Below the pieces are notes generated by a model. The model made no database searches, was not told where the DNA came from, and saw nothing but the letters and a program-made list of their open reading frames with translations. From the IMG/VR virus record IMGVR_UViG_641201006_000001, positions 64,001-128,000 of that record: DNA of 64,000 nt; one strand, given 5' to 3'. The stretch is from a virus. Its lineage: Duplodnaviria > Caudoviricetes. Numbering within the stretch: position 1 is the first letter of the stretch; every line of letters starts with the position of its first letter. Of this stretch, positions 1-9,785 are shown piece after piece. Position numbers and translations under genes: made by a program.

Positions 1-1979
1 ATAGAACGATCATTAAAGAACATCAAAAGATGATGCTTGTAGAAACTGGCGTATGGCAAGATTTACTTGGCCCCGACTTCTTATATACAGCGCTCGGTAA
101 GTACGGATTAAAACCGGTACTCGAAGCGCCGGGTTCCTTACTATCTACAATCGGTGACTTATTAGAATCAGCACCGCTAGGAGATACAATGGATGATGTC
201 GGTAAGAAGTTCCAAGAATGGGGCGAAGGATGGATTGAATGGTTAGATGCAGATAGTATTTTCACTCCTGGTCAAGTGCAAGCACGTACCGTTGCGATTG
301 GTGCATTGCAACGTAAGTTCATGGAAATGTATCAGGGCGAACTTGTTATCCTCGGTGATCCATCTATTAAACCGTGGGACATCTTCTACTTAGACGATAC
401 ACACATGCTGATGAACGGTACAGCGCAAGCAGGGAAAGTATCACACTCACTTAGTTTGCAGACAGGATTTACTACAGTTATCAAGCCGGACTTAATCACA
501 AGTCGTACCGATGGTAAGGGAATGCGTACTGGTGTTATGAACGGACTCATCCTTATGGGTTCTGCACTTGCTGTTATTACATCACGTAAAATCCTTATGT
601 CACGCTTCGTTAACTCGGTAGCGAGACTCGGATTAAAAGGTGCAATGAAAACAGGTAGTGGTGCAGGTAAGGTTGTATCAAAGTTCACACCAAAAGCTAT
701 CAAGCAAGCAAGGGTAGCGAAGTGGGGTGCGAAACAACTGAAGGCTGGCGGTACGTTCCTAAAAGAAGGAAAGTATTTAACCAAAGGTCTGAACTTGTTA
801 AAAGGTAATATCGTAACCCTCGTACTATTCGGTGCTGTATCAGAGTGGGTTGGCACTTGGTTCGAGAAGAATACGAAGTACAACAATATGATTTATATCT
901 ATCCATTATGGAAGATGGGTGAGCCATTCGCCGCAGGTATCACTGGCGGAGCGCACATCATTCCGGGCTACATGGATAAACGATTCTCCGACCCTTACTC
1001 AACTGGCAAATTCGTTCAACCGAAAATGCAGTTCATAGATGAGAAAGGTAGGGAGAAAAAGAAGAAAGGTGGATCATCGGGTAGCGGTGGTTCCGGTGGC
1101 GGAGGAAGCAGTGCTTCTCGTAATGCTATCGTTGAGGGTGGTAAATCATATGAAGGGAAACTGAAATACGTATTCGGTGGTACAAACATCGAAGGCGGTA
1201 CAGGTGACTGTTCAGGATTTACAAGCCACGTATTCAAGAAGTTCGGTAACCTAAACATTGGTCGTACGACAGGTGAACAGGTAAAGAACGGTACGCAAGT
1301 TGAGAACGGAAAAGAGCAACCGGGTGACTTAATCTTCTTCAAGAATACATATAACAGTACACACATCTACGGTGTATCTCACGTTGGTATCGTTATTGGT
1401 GATAAGAAGATGGTTCACTTAGGAGATAGCGGTTGTCAAATCTCCGACTATACAACGAAATATTGGAAAGAGCATTTCCTTATGTTCCGTTCGTATATTA
1501 CTGACATGGGTTCTATCGAAGTCATTTCAGGCGGAGCGTTCCGTCATCCACTTGAACGTCGTACTTCTATTACATCAGGCTTCGGAATGCGTAAAGGCGG
1601 TATGCATAAAGGAACAGACTTAGCTCCACTCGGATATGCAGGTAAAGGGCAAGCACTTGAAACCAAAGTCTATGCCGTTGCAGATGGTAAGATTATAGAT
1701 ATGGGACTAAGTGATTCAATGGGTAACTATGTAATCCTTGCTACAGCAAATAAAGCAGGTGCGCCGCACGTTATTACGTACATGCACTTTAGACAACATG
1801 CTCCGGGCGTTTCAAAAGGTATGCAAGTGAAAGCCGGTACGTTCATTGGATACATGGGTACGACAGGTGAATCAACTGGTGTCCATCTTCACATTGAAGT
1901 CAATCCGGGAACGTCACGCAATAGGGAAGGAAGGATTGACCCTGTTCCGTGGTTCCAACAACAAGGGGTGCAGTTATAA
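1..1979 (+). CDS. Baseplate hub / tail-associated lysin with NlpC/P60 and M23 peptidase domains (5' truncated by window)
   Basis: Frame is open from the window start (RTIIKEHQKM...). Hub-like GELVILGDPSIKP segment, Gly/Ser linker, NlpC/P60 motif (YVFGG..GDCSGF..PGDLIFF..SHVGI) and M23 motifs (HKGTD, YMH, TGVHLHIEV, IDP). Confidence 0.85.
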   Translation, partial: RTIIKEHQKMMLVETGVWQDLLGPDFLYTALGKYGLKPVLEAPGSLLSTIGDLLESAPLGDTMDDVGKKFQEWGEGWIEWLDADSIFTPGQVQARTVAIGALQRKFMEMYQGELVILGDPSIKPWDIFYLDDTHMLMNGTAQAGKVSHSLSLQTGFTTVIKPDLITSRTDGKGMRTGVMNGLILMGSALAVITSRKILMSRFVNSVARLGLKGAMKTGSGAGKVVSKFTPKAIKQARVAKWGAKQLKAGGTFLKEGKYLTKGLNLLKGNIVTLVLFGAVSEWVGTWFEKNTKYNNMIYIYPLWKMGEPFAAGITGGAHIIPGYMDKRFSDPYSTGKFVQPKMQFIDEKGREKKKKGGSSGSGGSGGGGSSASRNAIVEGGKSYEGKLKYVFGGTNIEGGTGDCSGFTSHVFKKFGNLNIGRTTGEQVKNGTQVENGKEQPGDLIFFKNTYNSTHIYGVSHVGIVIGDKKMVHLGDSGCQISDYTTKYWKEHFLMFRSYITDMGSIEVISGGAFRHPLERRTSITSGFGMRKGGMHKGTDLAPLGYAGKGQALETKVYAVADGKIIDMGLSDSMGNYVILATANKAGAPHVITYMHFRQHAPGVSKGMQVKAGTFIGYMGTTGESTGVHLHIEVNPGTSRNREGRIDPVPWFQQQGVQL

Positions 1980-2362
1980 TGAATCCAGTACAACAAAAGA
2001 TATTTGAAAGTGTCGTATCCCCAGCCTTATCTCAAATGGCTGGGATGTGCATTGGTACGGTAACGGATTTCGTACCCGGTCATAACTTCGGGAGTGTCGT
2101 GTATTCGACTCCCGATAGTGCTGACCAAATTGAAAAACAAGGTGTACCATATATGAACGTCATTGGCGTAAAGACAATGTGTCCAATGCCGGGTGATGAT
2201 GTTCTGATTGGTTTTATCAATAATAGCTACAAGCAACCTGTCATACTTGGTATCATGGATAAAGAGTATGCGTTTCAAACAAGACCGTTATATCAATCTC
2301 ATTTTCGTAACGGTAGTAACATACCTGATTACTATTCTGAAAGAGAAGGAGAGAGTTGGTAA
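1979..2362 (+). CDS. Baseplate spike N-terminal OB-fold-like protein (gp5/gpV-N type)
   Basis: TAATG overlap with the hub gene. PMPGDDVLIGFINNSYKQPVILG matches the gp5/VgrG OB-fold motif. Position follows the hub. Confidence 0.6.
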   Translation: MNPVQQKIFESVVSPALSQMAGMCIGTVTDFVPGHNFGSVVYSTPDSADQIEKQGVPYMNVIGVKTMCPMPGDDVLIGFINNSYKQPVILGIMDKEYAFQTRPLYQSHFRNGSNIPDYYSEREGESW

Positions 2363-2925
2363 TGTGGGTTGATCCATATGCAGTTAATAGACATCCGAGT
2401 AGATTCGGAGAGCATCATGATAAACAATTAGGTGTCGATATACAAGTTGATCCAATGGAAGAAGTCATGAGACGAGTGGAACATAAATTCCAGTATCGTC
2501 CTGAGGAGCAGGGGATATTCCATCCTCTGCTTCATCACGGTATGAAGCTACGAAATAATGGTGCAGTTGAAATCTTTACGAACGATGACACCGGTATTCG
2601 TATCGACAGAAACTCACAAAGCATTAACAACTTCGCCAACCATTATAAGAACCATGTTCACAATATGACGTCATGGCTGACGGGTTCCGAAGCATCTTAT
2701 ATTGAAGGTGAACGCAAGGTAAAGACAGGCGGGAAACATATCATCATATCCGGTGACACGATTGAAGTAACTGGTGCGAAAGATATGAACCTGAAAATTA
2801 GCGGAGATGTGAATGCAAACATATCCGGTCATGCTACAATAGAAGTTGAAAAAGACTTAACGCTTCATAGTAAACACCTAGAGGTAAAAGCAGATACCTA
2901 TCAAACGCCGTGGGGTAAGAAGTAG
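2362..2925 (+). CDS. Spike beta-helix-like protein
   Basis: TAATG coupling. C-terminal 8-residue-periodic repeats (IxISGDxxxxxxG..) typical of gp5/gpV beta-helix. Confidence 0.55.
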   Translation: MWVDPYAVNRHPSRFGEHHDKQLGVDIQVDPMEEVMRRVEHKFQYRPEEQGIFHPLLHHGMKLRNNGAVEIFTNDDTGIRIDRNSQSINNFANHYKNHVHNMTSWLTGSEASYIEGERKVKTGGKHIIISGDTIEVTGAKDMNLKISGDVNANISGHATIEVEKDLTLHSKHLEVKADTYQTPWGKK

Positions 2926-2934
2926 GAGGTACGT

Positions 2935-3360
2935 ATGGCTAGGAAAGATACGATTGATTTAGAACTTACGCCGGACGGTGACCTTGTACTTGACCGTAAA
3001 ACGAACGACATTGCTGTTGTACATAAACAACATTACATTGCGCAGTCGGCTCGTATTCGGATTCAAGTAACAGACCCCGAATGGCAGGATTACCAAGTAG
3101 ATCAAATCGGTGCGAACTTAGAAGATTTAATCGGGCTACCGAACACCCAAGAGACAGCGATTGAAGGAATCGAAAGAATCATATACACACTCACAAAAGA
3201 TGGCTTGCTAGACACAGAGGAGATTTATATCAAACCTGTACCAGTAAGTAAGTATGTGATTGCGTTCTATATATTCATTAAGATTCCGGACGTACCTGAA
3301 TCAATTGGGTTTGAAGTCCTGTTCAACCTAGCAACTGGGTTGGCAATAAGGAGTGTATAA
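2935..3360 (+). CDS. gp25/gpW-like baseplate wedge protein
   Basis: AGGAGG RBS. DLELTPDGDLVL...IGANLEDLIG motif, size, and position before the J-like gene. Confidence 0.7.
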   Translation: MARKDTIDLELTPDGDLVLDRKTNDIAVVHKQHYIAQSARIRIQVTDPEWQDYQVDQIGANLEDLIGLPNTQETAIEGIERIIYTLTKDGLLDTEEIYIKPVPVSKYVIAFYIFIKIPDVPESIGFEVLFNLATGLAIRSV

Positions 3361-3362
3361 CC

Positions 3363-4184
3363 ATGATTCTAATGCAAAAAGATTTAGAACAAATCATGCA
3401 AGAGACATTAGACGAGTTAAAAGGAATGAGTCTCGATGCAAATCCCGGTTCGGTGACACGCTTAATCTTGAACATCATGAACCAACAAATCAATGCGTTC
3501 TATGAAACGTTCACACTGAATCATGCACAAGCCTTTGTATCGAAAGCGAAGGGTTCGTTCCTTGACCAAATCGGTATGTTACTGAACTGTCAGCGATTAC
3601 CGGAAGAAGCACATGATGACGATGGCTATCGCTTCCGTATCACAAAGCAGATTCAAGTTGTAGCTTCTGCAAATGAAATGGCAGTACGACTGGCTGCACT
3701 ATCTGTAGATGGTGTGCAGGATGTGAAGATGAAACGATTCACACATGGCAGCGGTTCTTTTTCTGTCTATGTCGTTTCTGACAGTCCTATTACTCCTGAC
3801 TTCATTCTGCAAGCCGTACAACAAAAGATTGATGAGGTAGAATCATTCGGCGTACGAGGTGTTGTATTCCGACCTGAATTATTACCAGTCGATATGAGTG
3901 TTCGTTTAATCTTCAAGAAGACTGTCTCTGATCTTGAGCGTAAACTTGCTGTCGCAAAAGCACAAGAAACATTAAAGACTTACGTGAACAGCCGTAACGT
4001 TGGTGAGGCATTATCTGTCGCTCTTGTTGAAAGTGAATTAACAAACATTCATGAAGGCATTACGGACATCATCATCTATAACTTCAAGGTGAAGAATCGT
4101 CCGGCATTACCAGTCAATCAAACATGCGCATGGAATGAACGTTTCATCGAAAGCGATAAACCAAATGCCTTAATGGTAAGTTAG
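3363..4184 (+). CDS. Baseplate J/gp47-like wedge protein
   Basis: PGSVTR..A.G..LD.IG....R, E.DD.YR.RI and ALSVDGV.DV motifs of baseplate J. Confidence 0.8.
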   Translation: MILMQKDLEQIMQETLDELKGMSLDANPGSVTRLILNIMNQQINAFYETFTLNHAQAFVSKAKGSFLDQIGMLLNCQRLPEEAHDDDGYRFRITKQIQVVASANEMAVRLAALSVDGVQDVKMKRFTHGSGSFSVYVVSDSPITPDFILQAVQQKIDEVESFGVRGVVFRPELLPVDMSVRLIFKKTVSDLERKLAVAKAQETLKTYVNSRNVGEALSVALVESELTNIHEGITDIIIYNFKVKNRPALPVNQTCAWNERFIESDKPNALMVS

Positions 4185-4198
4185 GAGGTGAAAGCAGT

Positions 4199-4996
4199 AT
4201 GAAAGATACACAACTGGATACTCGGCAGATACAAGCATCACGAGATGGATTCAAGAGCTTGCACGAGCAACTTGAGTTCGGACGATTCAACTCGGTGAAA
4301 AGTGGTGCTGCTCCTACGATGTTTCAGGAGTTACAAGCAACAGATGGTCAGACTGTTTTCACACTTCCTAACGGAACGTTTACAGTAGGCGACCATAGTT
4401 TGCAGGTCTATGCAAACGGAATGCTAATGAGAGAGGGTAAAACAAATGACTACATCGAAATCGACAACCGAACAATCGAGTTCTTATTCCCGCTTACTAG
4501 TCGGGACATCATTGTGTTCCGTGTGGCAGGTGGCACAAGCGGCCCATCACTTAGTGAGCGACATCAAGCAGTGGCTAATCAAACCGATTTTAAATTGGCA
4601 GGTAGCTATTCAACAGGTAATGATTCACTCATCGTCTTCGTCAGCGGGGCATACCAAACGCTAGGTGAAGATTACATCGAGGTCGATGCGAAGACTGTTC
4701 GCTTCTTACAACCTTTAGAAGAAGGTGACCTTGTAACATTCCGTGTCGAAGGGTTGCCCGCAATCGAAAGTAAATATAAGAATGTTCATATCCATCGTCA
4801 GTATGATTCCAACAAGCAACTCATCAAAGAGGAAATCACTGGCGATGAACGTCTAAGTAAAGAATATATTTACGACGAAGAAGGTAAGCCGAAGATGATG
4901 ATTACAAAAGATAGCGGTTATACCATCACCAAGACATATGAGTGGGATGGATTCAACTGCATCAACATTAGCGAAACCGTGAAGGAGGGCGTGTAA
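4199..4996 (+). CDS. Virion structural / fibre-associated protein with two 'GQTVF' modules and a YD-like C-terminus
   Basis: Two internal repeats (ATDGQTVFTL...LQVYANG..DY.E.D..TI.F). Lies in the baseplate operon. Confidence 0.6.
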   Translation: MKDTQLDTRQIQASRDGFKSLHEQLEFGRFNSVKSGAAPTMFQELQATDGQTVFTLPNGTFTVGDHSLQVYANGMLMREGKTNDYIEIDNRTIEFLFPLTSRDIIVFRVAGGTSGPSLSERHQAVANQTDFKLAGSYSTGNDSLIVFVSGAYQTLGEDYIEVDAKTVRFLQPLEEGDLVTFRVEGLPAIESKYKNVHIHRQYDSNKQLIKEEITGDERLSKEYIYDEEGKPKMMITKDSGYTITKTYEWDGFNCINISETVKEGV

Positions 4997-6147
4997 TGGC
5001 ACAAGTCTTAGATGAGTTTGTAATCAACTACACCCTCCAACGTATGCAAGGACAACACGAAGCACTAGATAAACATACTAAAGAATACGAGGAGAAAACA
5101 GATGATTCTATATTACGGGTATCTAATCGTGTGGGGGATCTTGAGCAAAACGGCGTGGATTATTCGTCCGATATTAAAGACTTATACAAAGCTATCCAGC
5201 TTATGCAAAAAGATTTACGGGAAACTAAAACGGAACTGAATAAGACGAAGCTCATTAACTTGAAGCAGGAGATTATCATCCGTACACTGAACAACCTGAA
5301 ATATTTTGAAGCACATGATATGTTTACCGATACATTCGCTGATGGGTCGGGCATAGATTGGGAGAATAGTTTACGAGCAGAACTCTTAAACGGACAACAA
5401 GCCGTAGGGGTAACGCAGAAGTCGATTATCTCTGCACAACAAACGTCGCAGAAATCAACTCTACTTATCTCGAAGAATGGTTCTAGTGACGAAGCACTTG
5501 CACAATCATTCGTCGTTGATAAAACTCGTAAGCTAGATAAACTCGGCTTATGGCTAGAGCCTTTCAGCGTAGAAACATTCCGTCCGATTCATATCGGTAT
5601 TACGGATGTACTCGGTGGTTCATGGCTTCATAGTGTGACACTTGAAGTTGACCAAGTAGCGTCAGACTGGATGGAGATTGACTTCCCTGAACTATTACTT
5701 GAAGGCGGTAAGGATTACTACATTGTCATTCGTACAGATGATATTTACGGATACAAAGTCGGTATTGATCCGGTTGATAAATATATTGCTGGTTCTTCTT
5801 ACAGCTATTACAAGAATGTATGGACGGATAACAATCATGACTTATCATTCAAAGTATGGTGCTTCCTTGCTGATGATGAGAATGATGCGATTATCCTAAC
5901 GTATCCAAAAACATTGCCAACACTTCCTGAGATGATTGTATTCGAGAAGGAAGATACATTGTTTGATGGTACAGCTAACTATTACATATCACGAGATGGC
6001 GGAGCGCACTGGAAGATACTTCATCCGGGAATTGAAACAGACCTGAATGATTTACCTGCCGGGAAAACCGTTATTCTAAAAGCAATTGTTACAAGCACGG
6101 CACGTATTGAAGCGTGGGGCTATGTAATCAAAAGGAGTGAGGCATAA
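4996..6147 (+). CDS. Virion structural protein (coiled coil + beta-sandwich, Asp-box)
   Basis: N-terminal heptad region and SRDGGAHW Asp-box. C-terminal part is paralogous to segments of 6147-9785. Confidence 0.55.
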   Translation: MAQVLDEFVINYTLQRMQGQHEALDKHTKEYEEKTDDSILRVSNRVGDLEQNGVDYSSDIKDLYKAIQLMQKDLRETKTELNKTKLINLKQEIIIRTLNNLKYFEAHDMFTDTFADGSGIDWENSLRAELLNGQQAVGVTQKSIISAQQTSQKSTLLISKNGSSDEALAQSFVVDKTRKLDKLGLWLEPFSVETFRPIHIGITDVLGGSWLHSVTLEVDQVASDWMEIDFPELLLEGGKDYYIVIRTDDIYGYKVGIDPVDKYIAGSSYSYYKNVWTDNNHDLSFKVWCFLADDENDAIILTYPKTLPTLPEMIVFEKEDTLFDGTANYYISRDGGAHWKILHPGIETDLNDLPAGKTVILKAIVTSTARIEAWGYVIKRSEA

Positions 6148-9100
6148 TGGTAACACGCTTAAATCAGACACGAGTTAAGGGTGGCGATCCGCAGTACGAG
6201 AATCTACAAGAAGAACTGCGTGCAAGAACCTTCGGTGGGGATTATAAAATCCCTATCGGCGGTATACCTCGTAGTGACTTATCTGATGATGTCAGAACTG
6301 CACTACAAAAGGGCGAGTCCGCCTACATGAAACCAGAGGGAGGGATTCCAAATGGCGACCTTGATGTAAACGTCCGTAACTCGTTAACCAAAGCGAGTAC
6401 GTCCTATCAAAAGCCGAGTTTAGGAATCCCTCTTGCTGATTTAACAGAAGACTTACAGAAGCGTTTAAGCGACTTCTCGAACTTCTATGTGTATCCGAAC
6501 GGTGGTATTCCATTAGTAGACTTTGATACACAAGTAAAAGATTTATTGTCAAAAGCAAAGACTGCGTATCAGAAACCTGCTGACGGCATTAGCACGAAGG
6601 ATTTACACAAAGATGTACTCGATACATTAGGAAAAGCGACGACGGCATATCAAAAGCCTGAGGGCGGTATTCCATTAACAGACATCGCTGTTCCACTTGT
6701 GCAAGCTGGTGAGCTAGAACCGATGGAAGAACATATGAAGGATGCGTCAAAACATATCACTGACCATACGAAGCTGCTTAACGTTGGTAAGAAAACGCAT
6801 GACGAGATTGATACGTCGATAGACAATATGCAGAACGACATGATTCTCTTACAAAAAGAGATGTCCGATGCCCGTGATACATTCGTATCGCTTGATGGTC
6901 GTTTCAATGCTTCGATTGGTCGTAATACATCTTATGAAGTAAAGACTTATAATGACTGGCGCATGGGTGGATTCACGGGACTACAACCAACAAAAGAAGA
7001 TCTCGTTGTATTTAACTATCCAGTCGAAACAGTCATGACGAGTATTCATGATATATCGGGTCAAGAAACATTGACTGCTGATAACAAAGTTGGTGACCTT
7101 GCATTTCTATCCTACTCCGGATTCAGACCGGGAAGCGAATGGATAGCGGGATACTCGACAAATGTCGGTGTAAAAGTAAAAGCATTTGTATATGCACCAA
7201 TCACTGGTGAGTATCAATTCTCCATGCAGTTTACAGGGCGTTGCCGTCTACAAGTTGCAGGTAAACTCTTATTTGATACAAGAGATACATCAACTCCAAT
7301 TGATGCTTACACTGGTAAAGGCTCTGTATTCCTAGAGGGTGGTAAGTTATATCCAATCGTCGGTGAGGGTTGGTATAAGAGTACGAATACGAGAGTGTTA
7401 ACATTGCAATGGAGTACACCTGCAATGGCTGGCTTTACAAACATTCCATTAGAGAATATGAATATGTCGGGCTACACAAACAAAGATGGTGTCTATGAAT
7501 CTCATGTTATTGATTTAAAAGATGCGCAGGTGAATATGTGGTATCTGCAAACGGTGATGCGAGATTACTTGCAGGAAGATGATGTTACATCTGAAATTTG
7601 TACGAGTGATGATGGGAATGTATTCTCTGAATGGGTTGCAACAGAAAGCAACGGAGAGATACGAGTACCGCCGAAGCAGTATATCAAAGTTCGTCACACG
7701 CTTCATAAACGTGATGGACAATATACACCGGCTCTAATTAGTTACTCTATCCGTATGATCTCGGCTCGCAACAATGAAATCATCAAGGAACTATCTGATG
7801 CTCGTGCTACATTTGATTCCTTGCAAAAGCGATTAGACAACATGGCGGAATCCATTCAGACAATTGCTGAACTGTATGACAACATGGATCAATCGTTTAT
7901 TCATCCGGAACAATTTGCGAGTGTAAGACTACTTGCGATTGAACTGAACTTACTACAAACCTATGTCCGTGAAGCAAGAGCGAAGGCAGACTTTGTGCCA
8001 ATCGTAAATGGCTTCGTTGACCCGTTTAAGAATGACAAAGGTATTGATAGAAGTAAGAGTGATGCATTCAATATTACAGCGAATGGATTAGTTCAAGTCG
8101 AAACCAAAATGGAAATGAAGACATCAAATGATTGGGCGCAATGGGACTTAGATAGACTGGATTTCGCAAAAGGTGAACTAACACTGGGTGCAAACTATGA
8201 TGCATATCCGGTTTATGAATCAAAGCTAAGTAATAGAAAGTATGACACATCCTATGATGTTGATTACGGAGATGGATATAAACTAGCGCAAGCCTTTTAT
8301 CCAAAGGATGAATCGCAGTTTATTAAATCCTTCACCTTCTACGGAAGCATGAACGGGTATAGTACGAATGTTAGTATGACAATCTATGAAGATGTGAATC
8401 GTGGCTATTCTCCGGGCGGTAACTCTATCTTTTATAAAAGTTATGTAGGAGGAACAGAAACATTTATACTGAATCATAAAATCAAACCGGGTGCAAAATA
8501 TTGGGTTGTCTTTGATTTACAAAGTGCAAGTTCCGGTACACGATTCTACTGTAGTAATCTTGCAAATGCTGACCCTCGATTAATCAGCGATAACCCGGAG
8601 AAAGCAATGTTAAAAGCATGGTTCCGACCATTCTCCGGAAGAGAAGTCTTTGAACCTGTCAATGCGTGCTTAAACTTTGAGATTGTAGAGACAATCGGTT
8701 ACGAGCCGGAAGGTAATGGCGAAAAGATTATCGACCACGGCAGACCTCTTACTTATGTAAAGTCAGAAGTAACAGCAGCCGATGTCAATGACGGAGCAGT
8801 CAATGTAACCTACCAAAGTTCAGATAATAAAATCGACTGGTCACCTGAGACAACGAAGATTGAAGAGTTACCGTCAAGCCGTTATCTCAAGATTAAGGTG
8901 AACATGAAAAAGAGTACGAAGAAGTACGGTACACCACGACTGCAAAACATTACGCTCTACACACTCAAAAAGAATGCAGAGATTGTGTCTGTACCACTTG
9001 AGATAGAGCGACTGCCGACTCATACAATACTGTCGGCATCTACAAGTCGTGACTCGGCTGTAACATATGCCGTATCTCGTGATGATGGTAAAACGTGGCT

Positions 9101-9785
9101 TCCATGTTTACCTGCTCACTATGCAGAGCTATCGAAGTTACCTCCGGGTAAAACGATTCGCTTAAAAGCAATCATGGATGCGAAGTATCCTGATACAGCT
9201 TTAAAAGAGTGGGGCGTAATTGGACTTCACTACAGAGATGTAACGGGTCAAAACATTACAGCACTGTATGAAGAATACACAGCGCAGGATGGACAAACAA
9301 TATTCCATCTTGAGAATCCATACCCGGTGGGTAACCATGCATTGCAAGTATTCGTCAACGGTATCCGTCAATCCGAAGGTAAAGATTACAATGAGATTGA
9401 CCAGCATACAATTGAGTTCACAGAAGGACTGTATAATAACCCGGCTGGTATTGACCGTGTAACATTCGTTGTAGCGACAGGTGCTTATGATGTTCATGAT
9501 TCTACACTGGTAAGTCGCATCGAGAACATGGAGCGATTACATCAAGAAGAACTTGTGGATTATGAGAAGATACATGAGTACAATGAAGCAGGTCAGCTCA
9601 TTAAAACAAAGTACGAAGGTACGCTTGAGTATTATACAATTGAGTACACGTACTATGATAATGGGAAAGAACACTTCCGTATTGTCACAAAAGGAAATAC
9701 AATTAAGACAACGGAATACATCTATGACAAATTCAACAACATTGTCATGGAGAGAGTGAAAATTAGTGAGGTGACAAGTGCATGA
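6147..9785 (+). CDS. Long tail fibre/appendage protein (27-aa repeats, PA14-like domain, Asp-box, GQTVF module)
   Basis: 1212 aa. About six YxKPxxGIP repeats, PA14-like APITGEYQF...LEGGKLYPI, SRDDGKTW. Confidence 0.65.
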   Translation: MVTRLNQTRVKGGDPQYENLQEELRARTFGGDYKIPIGGIPRSDLSDDVRTALQKGESAYMKPEGGIPNGDLDVNVRNSLTKASTSYQKPSLGIPLADLTEDLQKRLSDFSNFYVYPNGGIPLVDFDTQVKDLLSKAKTAYQKPADGISTKDLHKDVLDTLGKATTAYQKPEGGIPLTDIAVPLVQAGELEPMEEHMKDASKHITDHTKLLNVGKKTHDEIDTSIDNMQNDMILLQKEMSDARDTFVSLDGRFNASIGRNTSYEVKTYNDWRMGGFTGLQPTKEDLVVFNYPVETVMTSIHDISGQETLTADNKVGDLAFLSYSGFRPGSEWIAGYSTNVGVKVKAFVYAPITGEYQFSMQFTGRCRLQVAGKLLFDTRDTSTPIDAYTGKGSVFLEGGKLYPIVGEGWYKSTNTRVLTLQWSTPAMAGFTNIPLENMNMSGYTNKDGVYESHVIDLKDAQVNMWYLQTVMRDYLQEDDVTSEICTSDDGNVFSEWVATESNGEIRVPPKQYIKVRHTLHKRDGQYTPALISYSIRMISARNNEIIKELSDARATFDSLQKRLDNMAESIQTIAELYDNMDQSFIHPEQFASVRLLAIELNLLQTYVREARAKADFVPIVNGFVDPFKNDKGIDRSKSDAFNITANGLVQVETKMEMKTSNDWAQWDLDRLDFAKGELTLGANYDAYPVYESKLSNRKYDTSYDVDYGDGYKLAQAFYPKDESQFIKSFTFYGSMNGYSTNVSMTIYEDVNRGYSPGGNSIFYKSYVGGTETFILNHKIKPGAKYWVVFDLQSASSGTRFYCSNLANADPRLISDNPEKAMLKAWFRPFSGREVFEPVNACLNFEIVETIGYEPEGNGEKIIDHGRPLTYVKSEVTAADVNDGAVNVTYQSSDNKIDWSPETTKIEELPSSRYLKIKVNMKKSTKKYGTPRLQNITLYTLKKNAEIVSVPLEIERLPTHTILSASTSRDSAVTYAVSRDDGKTWLPCLPAHYAELSKLPPGKTIRLKAIMDAKYPDTALKEWGVIGLHYRDVTGQNITALYEEYTAQDGQTIFHLENPYPVGNHALQVFVNGIRQSEGKDYNEIDQHTIEFTEGLYNNPAGIDRVTFVVATGAYDVHDSTLVSRIENMERLHQEELVDYEKIHEYNEAGQLIKTKYEGTLEYYTIEYTYYDNGKEHFRIVTKGNTIKTTEYIYDKFNNIVMERVKISEVTSA

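Noticed and set aside
1-4184. Extracellular contractile injection system / T6SS instead of phage
   Set aside because: Linked primase, helicase, RuvC, TK, sigma factor and holin-like genes indicate a replicating phage.
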